Shown in pieces: positions 1 to 13,759 of a DNA stretch of 64,000 bases. The notes beneath the pieces are model-generated. The model was not told the origin of the DNA. It did not search any database and saw only the letters and a list, made by a program, of their open reading frames with translations. The number at the start of each line of letters is the position of its first letter. Within the stretch, counting starts at the first letter, position 1. Made by a program: the position numbers and the translations under genes. This DNA is from Macrostomum lignano. Its lineage: Eukaryota. The stretch is taken from positions 151,431 through 215,430 of the forward strand of contig NIVC01002541.1 of the NCBI GenBank assembly GCA_002269645.1, in the 5' to 3' direction.

Positions 1-101
1 CGCAGGCATGTGAGTAGTCTCTTTTAAATCTGAAAAAAAGTTTAAATATTGTATTTAAATACAGATTACGATCTGTGTGAATGATTTTTGAAGGACAGAC
101 A

Positions 102-126
102 GGACAGAGAAAGCATACATACAGAC

Positions 127-169
<43 letters not shown>

Positions 170-246
170 GGCAGACAGACAGACACAGACAGACAGACAG
201 ACAGACAGGCAGGCAGACAGACAGACAGACAGGCAGACAGACAGAC

Positions 247-289
<43 letters not shown>

Positions 290-334
290 GGCAGACAGAC
301 AGACACAGACAGACAGACAGACAGACAGGCAGGC

Positions 335-380
<46 letters not shown>

Positions 381-429
381 TACAGAAATACAGTATAGCA
401 GACACATTCGCTGAGACAGAGACTGTACC

Positions 430-462
<33 letters not shown>

Positions 463-493
463 CTAAGACACAAAGACAGACAGACAGACACTA

Positions 494-570
<77 letters not shown>

Positions 571-601
571 CTAAGACACTAAGACAGACAGACAGACACT
601 A

Positions 602-662
<61 letters not shown>

Positions 663-739
663 GGCAGACAGACAGACACAGACAGACAGACAGACAGACA
701 GGCAGGCAGACAGACAGACAGACAGGCAGACAGACAGAC

Positions 740-782
<43 letters not shown>

Positions 783-827
783 GGCAGACAGACAGACACA
801 GACAGACAGACAGACAGACAGGCAGGC

Positions 828-896
<69 letters not shown>

Positions 897-1000
897 CAGA
901 CAGACAGACAGACAGACAGACAGGCAGGCAGGCAGACAGACAGACAGACAGACAGACAGGCAGGCAGGCAGACAGACAGACAGACAGACAGACACACACA
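102..1000. repeat. (GACA)n microsatellite
   Basis: Direct reading. Confidence 0.97.
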
Positions 1001-2011
1001 CACAGATACGCACACAGGTGACAGCTGTGCGGCCAGTCAGAGAGCATCAGTGCACCCACAGTCTCCAACACCTACTAGATTCCCCTGTCCGCCCCATCGC
1101 TGCCGCACAGTGAATGTCAGCAGGCAATTTTATCTCCCACAGCCCACCGCAGCAGCTGTGCCCGCAGAAATCGCAACAAAAAGCTTCAAGTGCCAGCCTG
1201 AAACCAACTGCTGGGACTGTGGGGTGGATTTTGGTAAGAATTTACAGCCTAGAAGGACACAGGCCAGACAGACGGGAGAACAGTGCGAAACATATTTTGC
1301 TAAAGCACAATCCTGCGCTTCAATTTCAAACAAAACGATCAAAGAGCATTTTATGTCGACGACTAGAAAAGTTTCCCTAATGAATTAAAAATACGCGCTT
1401 TAAAAGCGTCACGCAACTGAAAACTAATGAAACCAAATTTAAGAGATCGAATAAACGCAGCCTTTCCTGTCTGCACAGGTGTGGGCGCTGCACTGATAAA
1501 TTATTCACTAAGTCTCTCTGAAGGAGTTTCTCTCTCTCTCTCTCTCTCTCTCGACTCTTCTAGGCCGGCCTCTTGCCCGTCTCTTCTCGTGCCGAATTCT
1601 GGCGCGTGTTTCTAACATGCGCGCCGCCGCCCACCGCACAGTAGCCACGCGCTTGCGCAGTCTTACATACACCTGGCACACTGCCAACAACATCTGCAAC
1701 AGGCGGCACACAGAGACACACAGAGACTGGCTGAGAGAGGTCGACAAGAAATTGGCAATTTAAATTAATTTCTTCTTCACCTGCATGGCTGAGAGTCATT
1801 TCCTGTAGTGCAACTTATCTCTATCTACTCATTATCACTAAGTCTCCTTACGGCGAGGCAGCATGCTATCATTGCAAGCACAGCACACACACAATGACAA
1901 AAAAGCAAACAGAGAACAGGCAATTGAAAGTTATAGCTAAAAGAGACAGACAGGAAGATAATATCGAGGGGCCAGATCCAGTGAGATAAGGGAGTTGAGG
2001 CCTCAGCTCAC

Positions 2012-5000
2012 CGTGCACTGTGCTGGATTCTCTGATCATGAAGGTGCCCGACGGGTTCTCCGCGCTGAGCAGGAGTCTCTCGGCCTCTTTTCTGGCGAGG
2101 GGTCCGGCGAACCAGCTGAAATTTGGGGGAGTTTTGGTAGCTCTTTGAGAGTGTGAGGGACACCTGAGCAGGCAGGGACACCTGAGAAGACAGGGACACC
2201 TGAGCAGACAGAGACACCTGAGCAGACAGGGATACCTGAGCTGACAGGGACACCTGAGCTGACAGGGACACCTGAGCCGACAGTGACAGGGACACCTGAG
2301 CAGACAAGGACACCTGAGCAGACAGGGACACCTGAGCCGACAGTGACAGGGACACCTGAGCAGACATGGACACCTGAGCAGACAAGGACACCTGAGCAGA
2401 CAAGGACACCTGAGCAGACAGGAACACCTGAGCAGACAGGAACACCTGAGCTGACAGGAACACCTGAGCTGACAGGAACACCTGAGCAGACATGGACACC
2501 TGAGCTGACAGGAACACCTGAGCTGACAGGAACACCTGAGCTGACAGGAACACCTGAGCAGACAGGGACACCTGAGCAGACAGGGACACCTGAGCAGACA
2601 GGAACACCTGAGCTGACAGGAACACCTGAGCTGACAGGGACACCTGAGCAGACAGAGACACCTGAGCAGACAGGGACACCTGAGCCGACAGTGACAGGGA
2701 CACCTGAGCAGACAGGGACACCTGAGCAGACAAGGACACCTGAGCTGACAGGGATACCTGAGCTGACAGGGACACCTGAGCTGACAGGAACACCTGAGCT
2801 GACAGGGACACCTGAGCTGACAGGAACACCTGAGCTGACAGGGACACCTGAGCTGACAGGAACACCTGAGCTAACAGGAACACCTGAGCAGACATGGACA
2901 CCTGAGCTGACAGGAACACCTGAGCAGACAGGAACACCTGAGCTGACAGGGACACCTGAGCAGACAGGGACACCTGAGCAGACAGGGACACCTGAGCAGA
3001 CAGGGACACCTGAGCAGACAAGGACACCTGAGCAGACAGGGACACCTGAGCTAACAGGAACACCTGAGCTGACAGGAACACCTGAGCTGACAGGAACACC
3101 TGAGCTGACAGGAACACCTGAGCTGACAGGAACACCTGAGCTGACAGGAACACCTGAGCTGACAGGGACACCTGAGCTGACAGGGACACCTGAGCTAACA
3201 GGAACACCTGAGCTGACAGGAACACCTGAGCTGACAGGAACACCTGAGCTGACAGGAACACCTGAGCTGACAGGAACACCTGAGCTGACAGGAACACCTG
3301 AGCTGACAGGGACACCTGAGCAGACAGGGACACCTGAGCAGACGTGGACACCTGAGCAGACAGGGACACCTGAGCTGACAGGAACACCTGAGCAGACAGG
3401 AACACCTGAGCTGACAGGGACACCTGAGCAGACAGGGACACCTGAGCAGACGTGGACACCTGAGCAGACAGGGACACCTGAGCAGACAAGGACATCTGAG
3501 CAGACAGGGACACCTGAGCTGACAGGAACACAGGAGACGAGTATAAATTATTGACACATCAATATCCCCAATAATTAGGGGAGAATCATTTCCAATAAAG
3601 AGGCAATTAAGTAACGATACAATTATACGAGATGGGACTTATACAAAAAAATTAAAAAAAAACCTGACTAACTGTAAAAACAAAAAGTGGAACGCAGTGA
3701 CACAAACAAAGAACTAGCTAAAGCCCTAGTTAAAACTGAATCCCTGGCCACATGGCCACGCAAGCCGGCAAGTTGATACACCGAGAAAAGCAGGGAGCGG
3801 TTCCTAAGAAGCGCAGGGTGAGTTGCAGTCGCGATCAGCAAGAAATACAGCTGTGCCTGCCCAGTTCCTGGACACTATCAACATCACTGCGTTAAGAAGG
3901 CTGCTAGAGACAAACAAAAGGCGGAAATCATAAAAAAAACGATTTCGACTGCTAGAACGCATTGGGAACTCTGTGTTCAGCAGTTCTTGCGGCCTGTTTT
4001 GCTTGAAAGTGTTTCCCTCCCAAAGGAATTTGCGCCCTGAAAATTTTGCAGGGAATGGATAACCGCGAATTTGCCTGCCCTCTTCATCTTTTAGTGCGCT
4101 GACGCCGCTACCCCCTCCCTGATGCTTCAGGGGGTGCCGCCCCGCCACACCCTCCCTGATGCTTCAGATGTGCCGCCCTGCAACACCCTCCCTGATGCTT
4201 CAGTGGCCGCAGCTACCCTCCCTGATGCTTCAGTGGCCGCAGCTACCCTCTCTGATGCTTCAGTGGCCGCAGCTACCCTCCCTGATGCTTCAGTGGCCGC
4301 AGCTAACCTCCCTGATGGCCCTGATGCTTCAGTGACCGCTGCTACCCTCTCTGATGCTTCAGTGGCCGCAGCTAACCTCCCTGATGCTTCAGTGGCCGCA
4401 GCTAACCTCCCTGATGCTTCAGTGGCCGCAGCTAACCTCCCTGATGCTTCAGTGGCCGCAGCTAACCTCCCTGATGCTTCAGTGGCCGCAGCTAACCTCC
4501 CTGATGCTTCAGTGGCCGCAGCTAACCTCCCTGATGCTTCAGTGGCCGCAGCTAACCTCCCTGATGCTTCAGTGGCCGCAGCTAACCTCCCTGATGCTTC
4601 AGTGGCCGCAGCTATCCTCCCTGATGCTTCAGTGGCCGCAGCTAACCTCCCTGATGGCCCTGATGCTTCAGTGGCCGCTGCTACCCTCCCTGATGCTTCA
4701 GTGGCCGCAGCTACCCCCTCCCTGATGCTTCAGTGGCCGCAGCTACCCCTCCCTGATGCTTCAGTGGCCGCCGCTACCCCCTCCCTGATGCGTGATGCCT
4801 CAGTATGAAAAACTAAATCCATCTCAAAGGAGGGCTGGAGCAGTCCGAAGACCCCTAAAAAACCTCTCTTACCATTTCGAGTCCAGCGAGTTGCCCTTAG
4901 CCAGCAGGTCCACGGGCGCGTAGCCGCAGGAGCGAGTGGTCCTGTGCTCAACGTACCACCACACCGGGTCTCTGCAAATTAAAAAACACTGCAACATCAG

Positions 5001-8000
5001 AATGATGATGATAAGTTTTGCACTTGAATTACCTAGCAGTCAGCCCCCAGCATTTTGAAACAAGTTTTATTACCTAGCCAGCAGGTGATTGTGACAGCAT
5101 TTTATTGTGCCTGAATACCAGTATGAAAATTTTTATGTAGACTGCATCCTAGGGGGGCCTTATGTATGACTCATAAAAAATGGTTCTGTAAAGTTCAAGA
5201 AGACGGTAATACAGAGACACGTAACGATAGCTTTGTGAAGGAGGGGAGAGGTTAGAGGTTATAACAAAGCAAATGAATTAACATTTGCGGCCCTTGCTGC
5301 TTCTCTCCCGGAACTCCCCGGCTTTCAGAAGATTTCCCCAGAATATCGCCACACCTCACAGGCAGAAAAGTAGTTAAGTGGACCCTCCCGACCCAGTGAC
5401 TAAACACCGTCACCGCTTGACAAAGACTATTACTTGCTTTTATGATTGAACAAAGAGCGTTGATTAAGACCAGCTTGTTGTGTAATAAACGGACTAAATT
5501 TGCAAGTTTGCAAAACGGATCTTAAAACCATGAGATATTTTCAAATCGAACTTTGCTACTCGAGCGTACTATGCTTATTCTACAGGCTTAGCCAGCACTG
5601 CATTATAGGAACCAGTATCTAAAAATCCCTGCACATCAAGAGCGAACGCCTACATATATACATCAGATTCTATACATGGGTAGGAGACAGGGAGGGCACA
5701 GAACTGCACAGCGCAGGCACCACAGCAGCAATAAAAACTTGCAAAATTTCTGCTTTCGCTTGCCGGCCTGGCCTGGTTGGACGACAGCCAAAAAATCTTC
5801 AATTCTGACCTGCATGGTCTGACTCGTTTCCTGCGCGCAATGTCCCATTTGAATTCTAGTGTCTTCTGTGCTCTCATCTAACCCCAGTGTGTCTTCTGTG
5901 CTCTCATCTAACCCCAGTGTGTCTTCTGTGCTCTCATCTAACCCCAGTGTGTCTTCTGTGCTCTCATCTCACCCCAGTGTGTCTTCTGTGCTCTCATCTC
6001 ACCCCAGTGTGTCTTCTGTGCTCTCATCTCACCCCAGTGTGTCTTCTGTGCTCTCATCTCACCCCAGTGTGTATTCTGTGCTCTCATCTCACCCCAGTGT
6101 GTCTTCTGTGCTCTCATCTCACCCCAGTGTGTCTTCTGTGCTCTCATCTCACCCTAGTGTGTCTTCTGAGCTCTCATCTCACCCCAGTGTGTCTTCTGTG
6201 CTCTCATCTCACCCCAGTGTGTCTTCTGTGCTCTCATCTCACCCCAGTGTGTCTTCTGTGCTCTCATCTCACCCCAGTGTGTCTTCTGTGCTCTCATCTC
6301 ACCCCAGTGTGTCTTCTGTGCTCTCATCTCACCCCAGTGTGTCTTCTGTGCTCTCATCTCACCCCAGTGTGTCTTCTGTGCTCTCATCTCACCCCAGTGT
6401 GTCTTCTGTGCTCTCATCTCACCCCAGTGTGTATTCTGTGCTCTCATCTCACCCTAGTGTGTCTTCTGAGCTCTCATCTCACCCCAGTGTGTCTTCTGTG
6501 CTCTCATCTCACCCCTGTGTGTATTCTGTGCTCTCATCTCACCCGTGTGTATTCTGTGCTCTCATCTCACCCCAGTGTGTCTTCTGTGCTCTCATCTCAC
6601 CCCTGTGTGTATTCTGTGCTCTCATCTCACCCCAGTGTCTCTTCTGTGCTCTCATCTCCCCAGTGCGTCTCTAACCCATTACCCACTCACCTCCATTTCT
6701 AACCCACTCACCTCACCGTCTCTAACCCACTCACCTCACCTCCGTCTATAACCCACTCACCTCACCGTCTCTAACCCACTCACCTCACCTCCGTCTCTAA
6801 CCCACTCACCTCACCTCCGTCTATAACCCACTCACCTCACCGTCTATAACCCACTCACCTCACCGTCTCTAACCCACTCACCTCACCTCCGTCTCTAACC
6901 CACTCACCTCACCGTCTCTAACCCACTCACATCACCTCCGTCTCTAACCCACTCACCTCACCCCCGTCTATAACCCACTCACCTCACCTCCGTCTCTAAC
7001 CCACTCACCTCACCTCCGTCTTAACCCACTCACCTCACCTCCGTCTCTAACCCACTCACCTCACCTCCGTCTATAACCCACTCACCTCACCTCCGTCTTA
7101 ACCCACTCACCTCACCTCCGTCTTAACCCACTCACCTCACCTCCGTCTTAACCCACTCACCTCACCTCCGTCTCTAACCCACTCACCTCACCGTCTCTAA
7201 CCCACTCACCTCACCTCCGTCTCTAAGATAATCGTGTCTACTAACCCATTGTTATAACCTTTGGAACTAGATTGTGGTGGAAATATTAGAAATAGAAAAC
7301 TGAATAAACGCGGAGAGAATGAAACCTAATCGAGATATCAGCTGCATCGTGAGCTGCATTCACAACCCGGCCGCCCACATACAATTCCATTCAGTATTGA
7401 GCACATTTCTAGTCATGCCCAACAGCCCAATGAATTCCCAATTTAGCCATTCTGCAGACTCATGCTCCGAATTGATTGTCTAAAAACTGCCAGGTAACGC
7501 GAGAATAGATCACCAAGCAGCTAAAAGCCGACTGCCGCTCACCATTGTGCTCGTCTCTTCTGCCAGTTTGAGAGTCAGAGCTGTGCTGCATGCTTGAATG
7601 CTCTCTACTCCCTCGTAGCAAAGCAATTCACCTGTTTCCCACTCTAAGGAGAATTAGTCATATCTGCTAACAAACCTGTTTTTCTATTTGATGCGTTGGC
7701 AGGCCAAGTATCAAATTGGTGCCAAAATGGTTTCAAAGCATCTCGATTAGGCTAAGGGACAGGGGAGATTAGGCTAAGAGACAGGGGAGATTAGGCTGAG
7801 AGACAGGGGAGATTAGGCTAAGGGACAGGGGAGATTAGGCTAAGAGACAGGGGAGATTAGGCTAAGGGACACTGGGACAGGGGAGATTAGGCTAAGGGAC
7901 AGGGGAGATTAGGCTAAGAGACAGGGGAGATTAGGCTAAGGGACAGAGGAGATTAGGCTAAGGGACAGGGGAGATTAGGCTGAGAGACAGGGGAGATTAG

Positions 8001-8965
8001 GCTAAGGGACAGGGGAGATTAGGCTAAGAGACAGGGGAGATTAGGCTAAGGGACACTGGGACAGGGGAGATTAGGCTAAGGGACAGGGGAGATTAGGCTA
8101 AGGGACAGGGGAGATTAGGCTAAGAGACAGGGGAGATTAGGCTAAGAGACAGGGGAGATTAGGCTAAGAGACAGGGGAGATTAGGCTAAGAGACAGGGGA
8201 GATTAGGCTGAGAGACAGGGGAGATTAGGCTAAGGGACAGGGGAGATTAGGCTAAGGGACAGGGGAGATTAGGCTAAGAGACAGGGGAGATTAGGCTAAG
8301 GGACAGGGGAGATTAGGCTGAGAGACAGGGGAGATTAGGCTGAGAGACAGGGGAGATTAGGCTAAGGACAGGGGAGATTAGGCTAAGGGACAGGGGAGAT
8401 TAGGCTGAGAGACAGGGAGATTAGGCTGAGAGACAGGAGAGATTAGGTTAGACTTAGATTGGACAATTAGGCTAAAGGCATTAATTAAGCAAGCCAGAAC
8501 TCACACAGCGTTGATGAGGTACATGACATCGCCAGCACAGAATGTGATTTCATCCTCAGTCCGTGCACTGTAATCGAATTTCGCCACAATCCGAGTGGAT
8601 TGCTGCTGCTGCTGCTGTTGGCACTGAGCCAGCTGTTGCAGACCGTTGCTGCTAACCTGGTGCAGCTTCTTCAAAGATGAAGCTCGAGAAGATGACGAAC
8701 TATTATTATTATTATTGTGGCTGACAATGAGCGGCACAGGTGTTGTATTGGAGGAACGGGGCCTGGACTGGCACAGTTGCTGACTAGAATTGGACTGTCT
8801 GAATAGCGCAATCTGCTGCTCCAGTCTCTGATGCAGCTCCGGCTCAGAGTTGAGCCGGTTCGAGCTGGCTTGTCCATTAGCGGCAAGCGGCTGCGGCATT
8901 GGGGCGCAGTCGAAATCAACAGCGCCGTCGCATTCGCCGCTTTGACGCGATACGCAGCCACCCAT
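2012..8965 (-). CDS. Src-family tyrosine kinase/adaptor, 5' part (myristoylated N-terminus, SH3, first half of SH2); downstream exons not placed
   Basis: Exons 8505-8965, 4873-4971 and 2012-2115 join in phase via GT-AG introns. The product starts MGGC (myristoylation/palmitoylation-type), then SH3 [21 protein letters not shown]...[19 protein letters not shown], then SH2 [30 protein letters not shown], which is close to Src/Fyn. The kinase domain is not seen and is presumably left of the window. Confidence 0.85.
2150..3535. repeat. 18-bp minisatellite (ACACCTGAGCAGACAGGG)
   Basis: Direct reading; Src-like intron. Confidence 0.97.
4140..4800. repeat. 30-bp minisatellite (CTGATGCTTCAGTGGCCGCAGCTAACCTCC)
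   Basis: Direct reading. Confidence 0.95.
5858..7225. repeat. Two abutting minisatellites: 30-bp (5858-~6670) and ~26-bp CTAACCCACTCACCTCACCTCCGTCT (~6670-7225)
   Basis: Direct reading. Confidence 0.95.
7745..8450. repeat. 22-bp minisatellite (ACAGGGGAGATTAGGCTAAGAG)
   Basis: Direct reading. Confidence 0.95.
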
Positions 8966-10523
8966 CCTGCGCGATGATGCCTTCTAGCCGAAGTGTTGCG
9001 TTGCTGAATGAATCCTTCCTGGACAAAGCAGCGTCAAGTTGTTTAAAGGAAACTAGGAAAATGCCTGCCTGGTGAGTGGCAATGGCAGAGTGCCAATGAG
9101 GTGGGTAAGAGAACTACAGATGAGTAGAGCCTTAACCAAATAGCTTATATAGCTCTCTAAATACAACACGTCTTGTTCTTAAGCGCGATATTAAGAGCGA
9201 AGTCTGTCTGGTAGTTCCTGTCAAGGGGGGGGAATAATTTAAATTGTAATGCACCCCACAGCCGGGGTGGCGGTGTGGCCAATGGAGGAGGTTTGAAAGG
9301 CGTGGGTGGCGCCGGTAAGGACAGACAGGAGGGGCCCTGAAGCGAGTTTCAAGCGAGCCGGGTTTTTACTCGCATTTAACGGAAGGCCCTGTGGGGGTCT
9401 GTCTGGGTGCCGGCATTTAAGATCGATAAATTATATGGGGGCCCGGCCCCGGAGGGGGGTGGGGGTGGCCCGGCCGGGCTGAGGAAGGAGGGGTCTGAGT
9501 TGCAAGGCTAGGGCGGGTGGGGTGGGGTGAGAATTAGAACAGGGCAGGGGGTGGAAGAGGGGGGTTGGTTCCCAGCAAGGCCTGTCTGTGCGTAGGAGTT
9601 TTAAATGGGGGCGTGGAACTGGCAATGCGGATTGTTGTAATAAGGCCAAACCAAACTCATTCCCAGCCAATAGCAGGCTAGGGCAAGGCGATGCGCAAAT
9701 AATCCTACTGTTAGTAGGTGACTTTAGACGCTAAGGAAAAACAGCTCAATGGCGGATTAAAGAGTGACGCCCAAGTTCGTCATGTCTATAAATAATCGAA
9801 TAGTATGCGCCAGCCAATGCAAAAACTGGCACGCTTTGCACTTAGCGCGTTGTTGCTTATAGTTAAAAAAACAGCGCGCAGTTTAGAGGGAGCTGAAATA
9901 AAAGAACATTAGAAGACAGGCGGTCACATGCTGTATCCCCGAGATATAGATAGAACTTACGACATTTTCAAGCCCTTATTATAGTTTGAGAGAGAGCGAG
10001 AGAGAGAGAAGCTGCCTTCCCCCCACTAATCCCATGCAGTACAGGCGTGCACAGTGCACAGCAGATTGCAAGATGGTGACTAAGTGACTAATAATAAAAA
10101 ATAGCGCACAGTTTCAGCCCGGAAAGGAAACCGAATCAAATTAGTTCAGGTCTTAGCCTTGGCAATAGGGGCAAAACAAACAGGCCGAGGAACTGAGGAG
10201 ACAACGTGGAACAAATTTAAAAATAGACATTACGACAGAAATCAGCTCGCAGTTGTTTATAACGCGGCATGGCTGCACGTGATTTCATAAATTACAAGTT
10301 TATGAATTGCACTTTTAAACACAGGAAATGAGGAAAGAAACAACATCATCCAGATTCATCTTCACAGATCGGCAATTCATATTTTCAACAATGAGCTGAT
10401 TGTGTGTGTGTTACAGGCACAATGTATTTATTTGGTATTCAAGTTTATAATTACTTGATATTTGATACAGGCAGCCTGTTACATGATAGTTCTGCGTATC
10501 GAGCTAACAGACAGGTAAACTAA

Positions 10524-10812
10524 CAAGGGCTGCTCAAGTAGGAGGACGGGAAGCTACGTTTCTAGGGATTTTTTAGGAGGCCGGTTTTACCAAAGAAATA
10601 CATTATTACGGAGAATGGAGGTTTTCATTTTTCCAGCGCCTAATTTAGAACCCTACTAACTTTCTAAATGAAAAGCTTTATGAAAATCAATAGAACTATA
10701 AGCAAGGCAAGACATATCAAAAGATAAACATTGGGTCTTATTTACATTAAAATCAATAACCTCCTGAAATCCAAGAAACGTAGTCCTCCGTCCTGTACTT
10801 GAGCAGGCCTTA
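10524..10812. mobile_element. MITE, hAT-like
   Basis: Imperfect ~55-bp TIRs (AAGG.CTGCTCAAGTA.....ACG...G.CTACGTTTCT). The flanks TAAACTAA and GTAACTAA resemble a decayed 8-bp TSD. Confidence 0.6.
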
Positions 10813-10937
10813 GTAACTAACTTCTCAGTTAACTACATTAACTCACAGCTGATATTGTAAAAGCACAAATTAATTTGGTAAAAAACACGCGCGCTATATA
10901 CTACTTACTTTTAGCACTGCTAACTGTATCGCTAAAT

Positions 10938-11568
10938 CAGGGGTTGCAAACTTTTTAACTCAAGGGCTGGCCAGAGGAAGGGAAAGAGAGGAGGGAATAG
11001 ATGGTAGAATGCACAAGAGGGAAGGGAGAGAAGAAGGGAGAGGAGAGAAGGGAGAGACGAAGAGAGAGAAGAGAAGGGAGAGAAGGGAGAGGAGAGAAGG
11101 AGGAGAGAAGGGAGAGAAGAGAAGGGAGAGAAGAGAAGGGAGAGAAGGGAGAGAAGAAGGGAGAGAAGAGAAGGGAGAGAGAAGAAGGGAGAGAAGGGAG
11201 AGGAGAGAAGGGAGAGAAGAGAAGGGAGAGAAGAGAAGGAGAGAAGGGAGAGGAGAGAAGGAGAGGAGAGAAGGGAGAGGAGAGAAGGGAGAGGAGAGAA
11301 GGGAGAGGAGAGAGGGAGAGGAGAGAGGGAGAGGAGAGAAGGGAGAGGAGAGAAGGGAGAGGAGAGAAGGGAGAGGAGAGAAGGGAGAGGAGAGAAGGGA
11401 GAGGAGAGAAGGGAGAGGAGAGAAGGGAGAGGAGAGAAGGGAGAGGAGAGAAGGCTGAGAGAGCTTAGAAGAGCCACAAACCTTAGGCGGGGCCGGATTG
11501 CAATGGTGAAGTTTCAAAGGACCCCAAAGGCCGCATATGGCACGCGGGCTGGAGTTTGCTAACCCCTA
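10938..11568. mobile_element. hAT-type MITE containing an expanded (GGAGA/GAGAA)n array
   Basis: Ends CAGGGGTTGCAAAC...GTTTGCTAACCCCTA with a subterminal GGCACGCGGGC motif typical of hAT MITEs. A purine array fills ~10985-11460. No TSD was found. Confidence 0.55.
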
Positions 11569-11640
11569 TCCTACAGCATTACTATTCCCCTCTAGCTACC
11601 AGGCGTAGAGCTAACTAAAATATCCCCCCATGAATAAAAA

Positions 11641-13695
11641 TCAAATATAGGTGCACTTCTCGGCCGGAATGTGACCCGAGTTGCCAACGTATCGAACTGC
11701 CACCCGGCCATTTGGCCGAATAGTTATCCAGGTGATGGAGCCGTGGTCTAGGCTGAACCGGAGCCAAGCCTCCGCGGCAGCTGCAACGCCCGGCAGACGA
11801 AATAGCGAATAACGTTGGCGTGACAGACCAGCAATTCGTAGCTGTCCTCGGCTTGGCTGGCCGACGCCCGATGGAAGAAGCGGCGAAATGCGGACTCGAT
11901 ACGGGCTCCGTCCTGCGGGGGAGACCCCAGATAAGCAAAGCTAGCGAATTCTTTCGATTTTTTATTTGGCGATATTCGCGTGTTTCTCTACTGACAGTAG
12001 AAAATAAGGCATTTGAAATTGATAAAATTCTACAAAACTAGCTTGAATTTATGAGCAAATTATCAAATAGAGAGGCCGATGATCAATGAGAGGGGCGGAT
12101 GATCTAAGTGAGGGGCGGATGCTCAAGGAGAGGGGCGGATGATCTAAGTGAGGGGCGGATGATCTAAGTGAGGGGCGGATGCTCAAGGAGAAGGGCGGTG
12201 ATCAAGAAGAGGGGCGGATGATCAGAGAGGCGGATGATCAATGAGAGGAGGGGTAGATGATCAATGCGAGGAGGGGCGGATGATCAAGGAGAGGGGCGGA
12301 TGATTAATGAGAGAACGGATGATCAGTGGGGCGGATGATCAATGAGTGAACGGATGATCAGAGGGGCGGATGATCAATGAGAGGAGGGGTGGATGATCAA
12401 GGAGAGGGGCGGTTGATCAATGAGAGGGGCGGATGATCTAAGTGAGGGGCGGATGCTCAAGGAGAGGGGCGGATGATCTAAGTGAGGGGCGGATGATCAA
12501 TGAGAGGCGTGGTGGATGATCAATGAGAGGAGGGGCGGATGATCAAGGAGAGGGGCGGATGATCAATGAGAGGAGGGCGGATGATCAAGGATAGGGGCGG
12601 ATGATCAGAGGGGCGGATGATCAATGAGAGGAGTGGTGGATGATCAAGGATAGGGCGGATGATAAATGAGAGGGGATGATCCAGGAACCAAGTGGCATAT
12701 GAAAACAGTAGGAAAAATAAATAAAATACACAGCAGCAGCGAGCAGACCTGATGAAATGTGTCCGGGCTGGGCTGATAGTGCGGCGCCGGTGGCTCAGGC
12801 GGCACAGGTGCGCCCTCCTCAAGCAAGGAGCAGGGCTCAGCGCTCAGGCTGCTCGGCAGATGACGGCGAATTGCTTCAGCTGTTTGCCTGCAGACACGGA
12901 TTGAATGAAAGCGGCGAATACACAAATAAGGTTAAACAAAAAGGGCGACAGATGACCAAGGGCGGATGACCTAAGGGGGGAGAGGAAGACACAAGACAGG
13001 ATGCGGATAAGCAACAGGTGAGATGAGTGACTTAAGGCGGCAGCTAAAGGGCGGATACTGAAGGGGCAGATGACCCAGGGCAGACAACTGAAGGGCGGAT
13101 GGCCCAGGGCGGATAAAGGGCGGATAACTGAAGGGACAGGTGACCCAGGGGTGGATAGTATCCATGGAGGCCAACAAAAGGCCCTAAAAGTGGTTAAACA
13201 AAGCATGCAGGCCCCTCACTTGGCCCTAGTCATGGTGGAGAAGTGCAGCTTAATCAGCGGCAAGTTCAGCTCTTTGAGCCGCTGGCCAGTGAGCTCAGCC
13301 TGTTGCCAGCCGAGCTCAGTGAGACACCTGGCCGCGTCGGTGTCGCCGTCGCAGTACTGGGCGTGCCGCACCAGGATGAGGTGCCTGGACGATTTCGGCA
13401 CAGCCTCCTCGAGAGCTTTCTCATAGGCTGCCCTTTCTTCATCATTACGCGGCGGCCGGACCAGACTCTTGGGATCTCGCCTATCCCAATTGTTATCCCA
13501 GCGTACGGACGGTTCGAAATTATTGGTGAAGGAGGCCAAAGCCTGGCTAGAGTGCAGGAACCGGGCGGCCAGGCCGGTGCCGCCGTAGGTTCCGCCAGCT
13601 CCGCTGCCGTCCTCAAAGCGCTGATAGTAACGATAGGCGCCTATTGCGGCCGCTGTGCCGAACAGGGCGGCGCATTTGCGTAGCACGCCGGACAT
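11641..13695 (-). CDS. PGAM5: PGAM5, mitochondrial Ser/Thr/His phosphatase (3 exons)
   Basis: Exons 13220-13695, 12749-12887 and 11641-11912 are in phase. Motifs: N-terminal anchor, WDNNWD, LVRHAQY (catalytic His), [57 protein letters not shown]. Confidence 0.95.
12075..12680. repeat. ~20-26-bp minisatellite (GGATGATCAATGAGAGGGGC core)
   Basis: Direct reading; PGAM5 intron. Confidence 0.9.
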
Positions 13696-13759
13696 TCTGG
13701 CTGCACAGATAGGGGGGGGGGCAATTTTAATGGCTGACTGGCTGGAGATGAAATGTAGT

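Noticed and set aside
1050-1388. Plus-strand Cys-containing ORF (CWDC) as a zinc-finger gene
   Set aside because: No ATG start, no domain pattern, and it is antisense within the Src-like locus.
55-7225. Long ORFs such as 2008-3531, 2283-3554, 4122-4808, 5859-6702 and the GACA-derived frames
   Set aside because: They are translations of tandem repeats lying inside introns of the Src-like gene; they are open on several frames and have no splice or domain support. The same applies to repeat ORFs throughout the window.
6670-7225. CTAACCC-containing array as a telomeric repeat
   Set aside because: The unit is ~26 bp with only a partial TAACCC and no (TTAGGG)n run.
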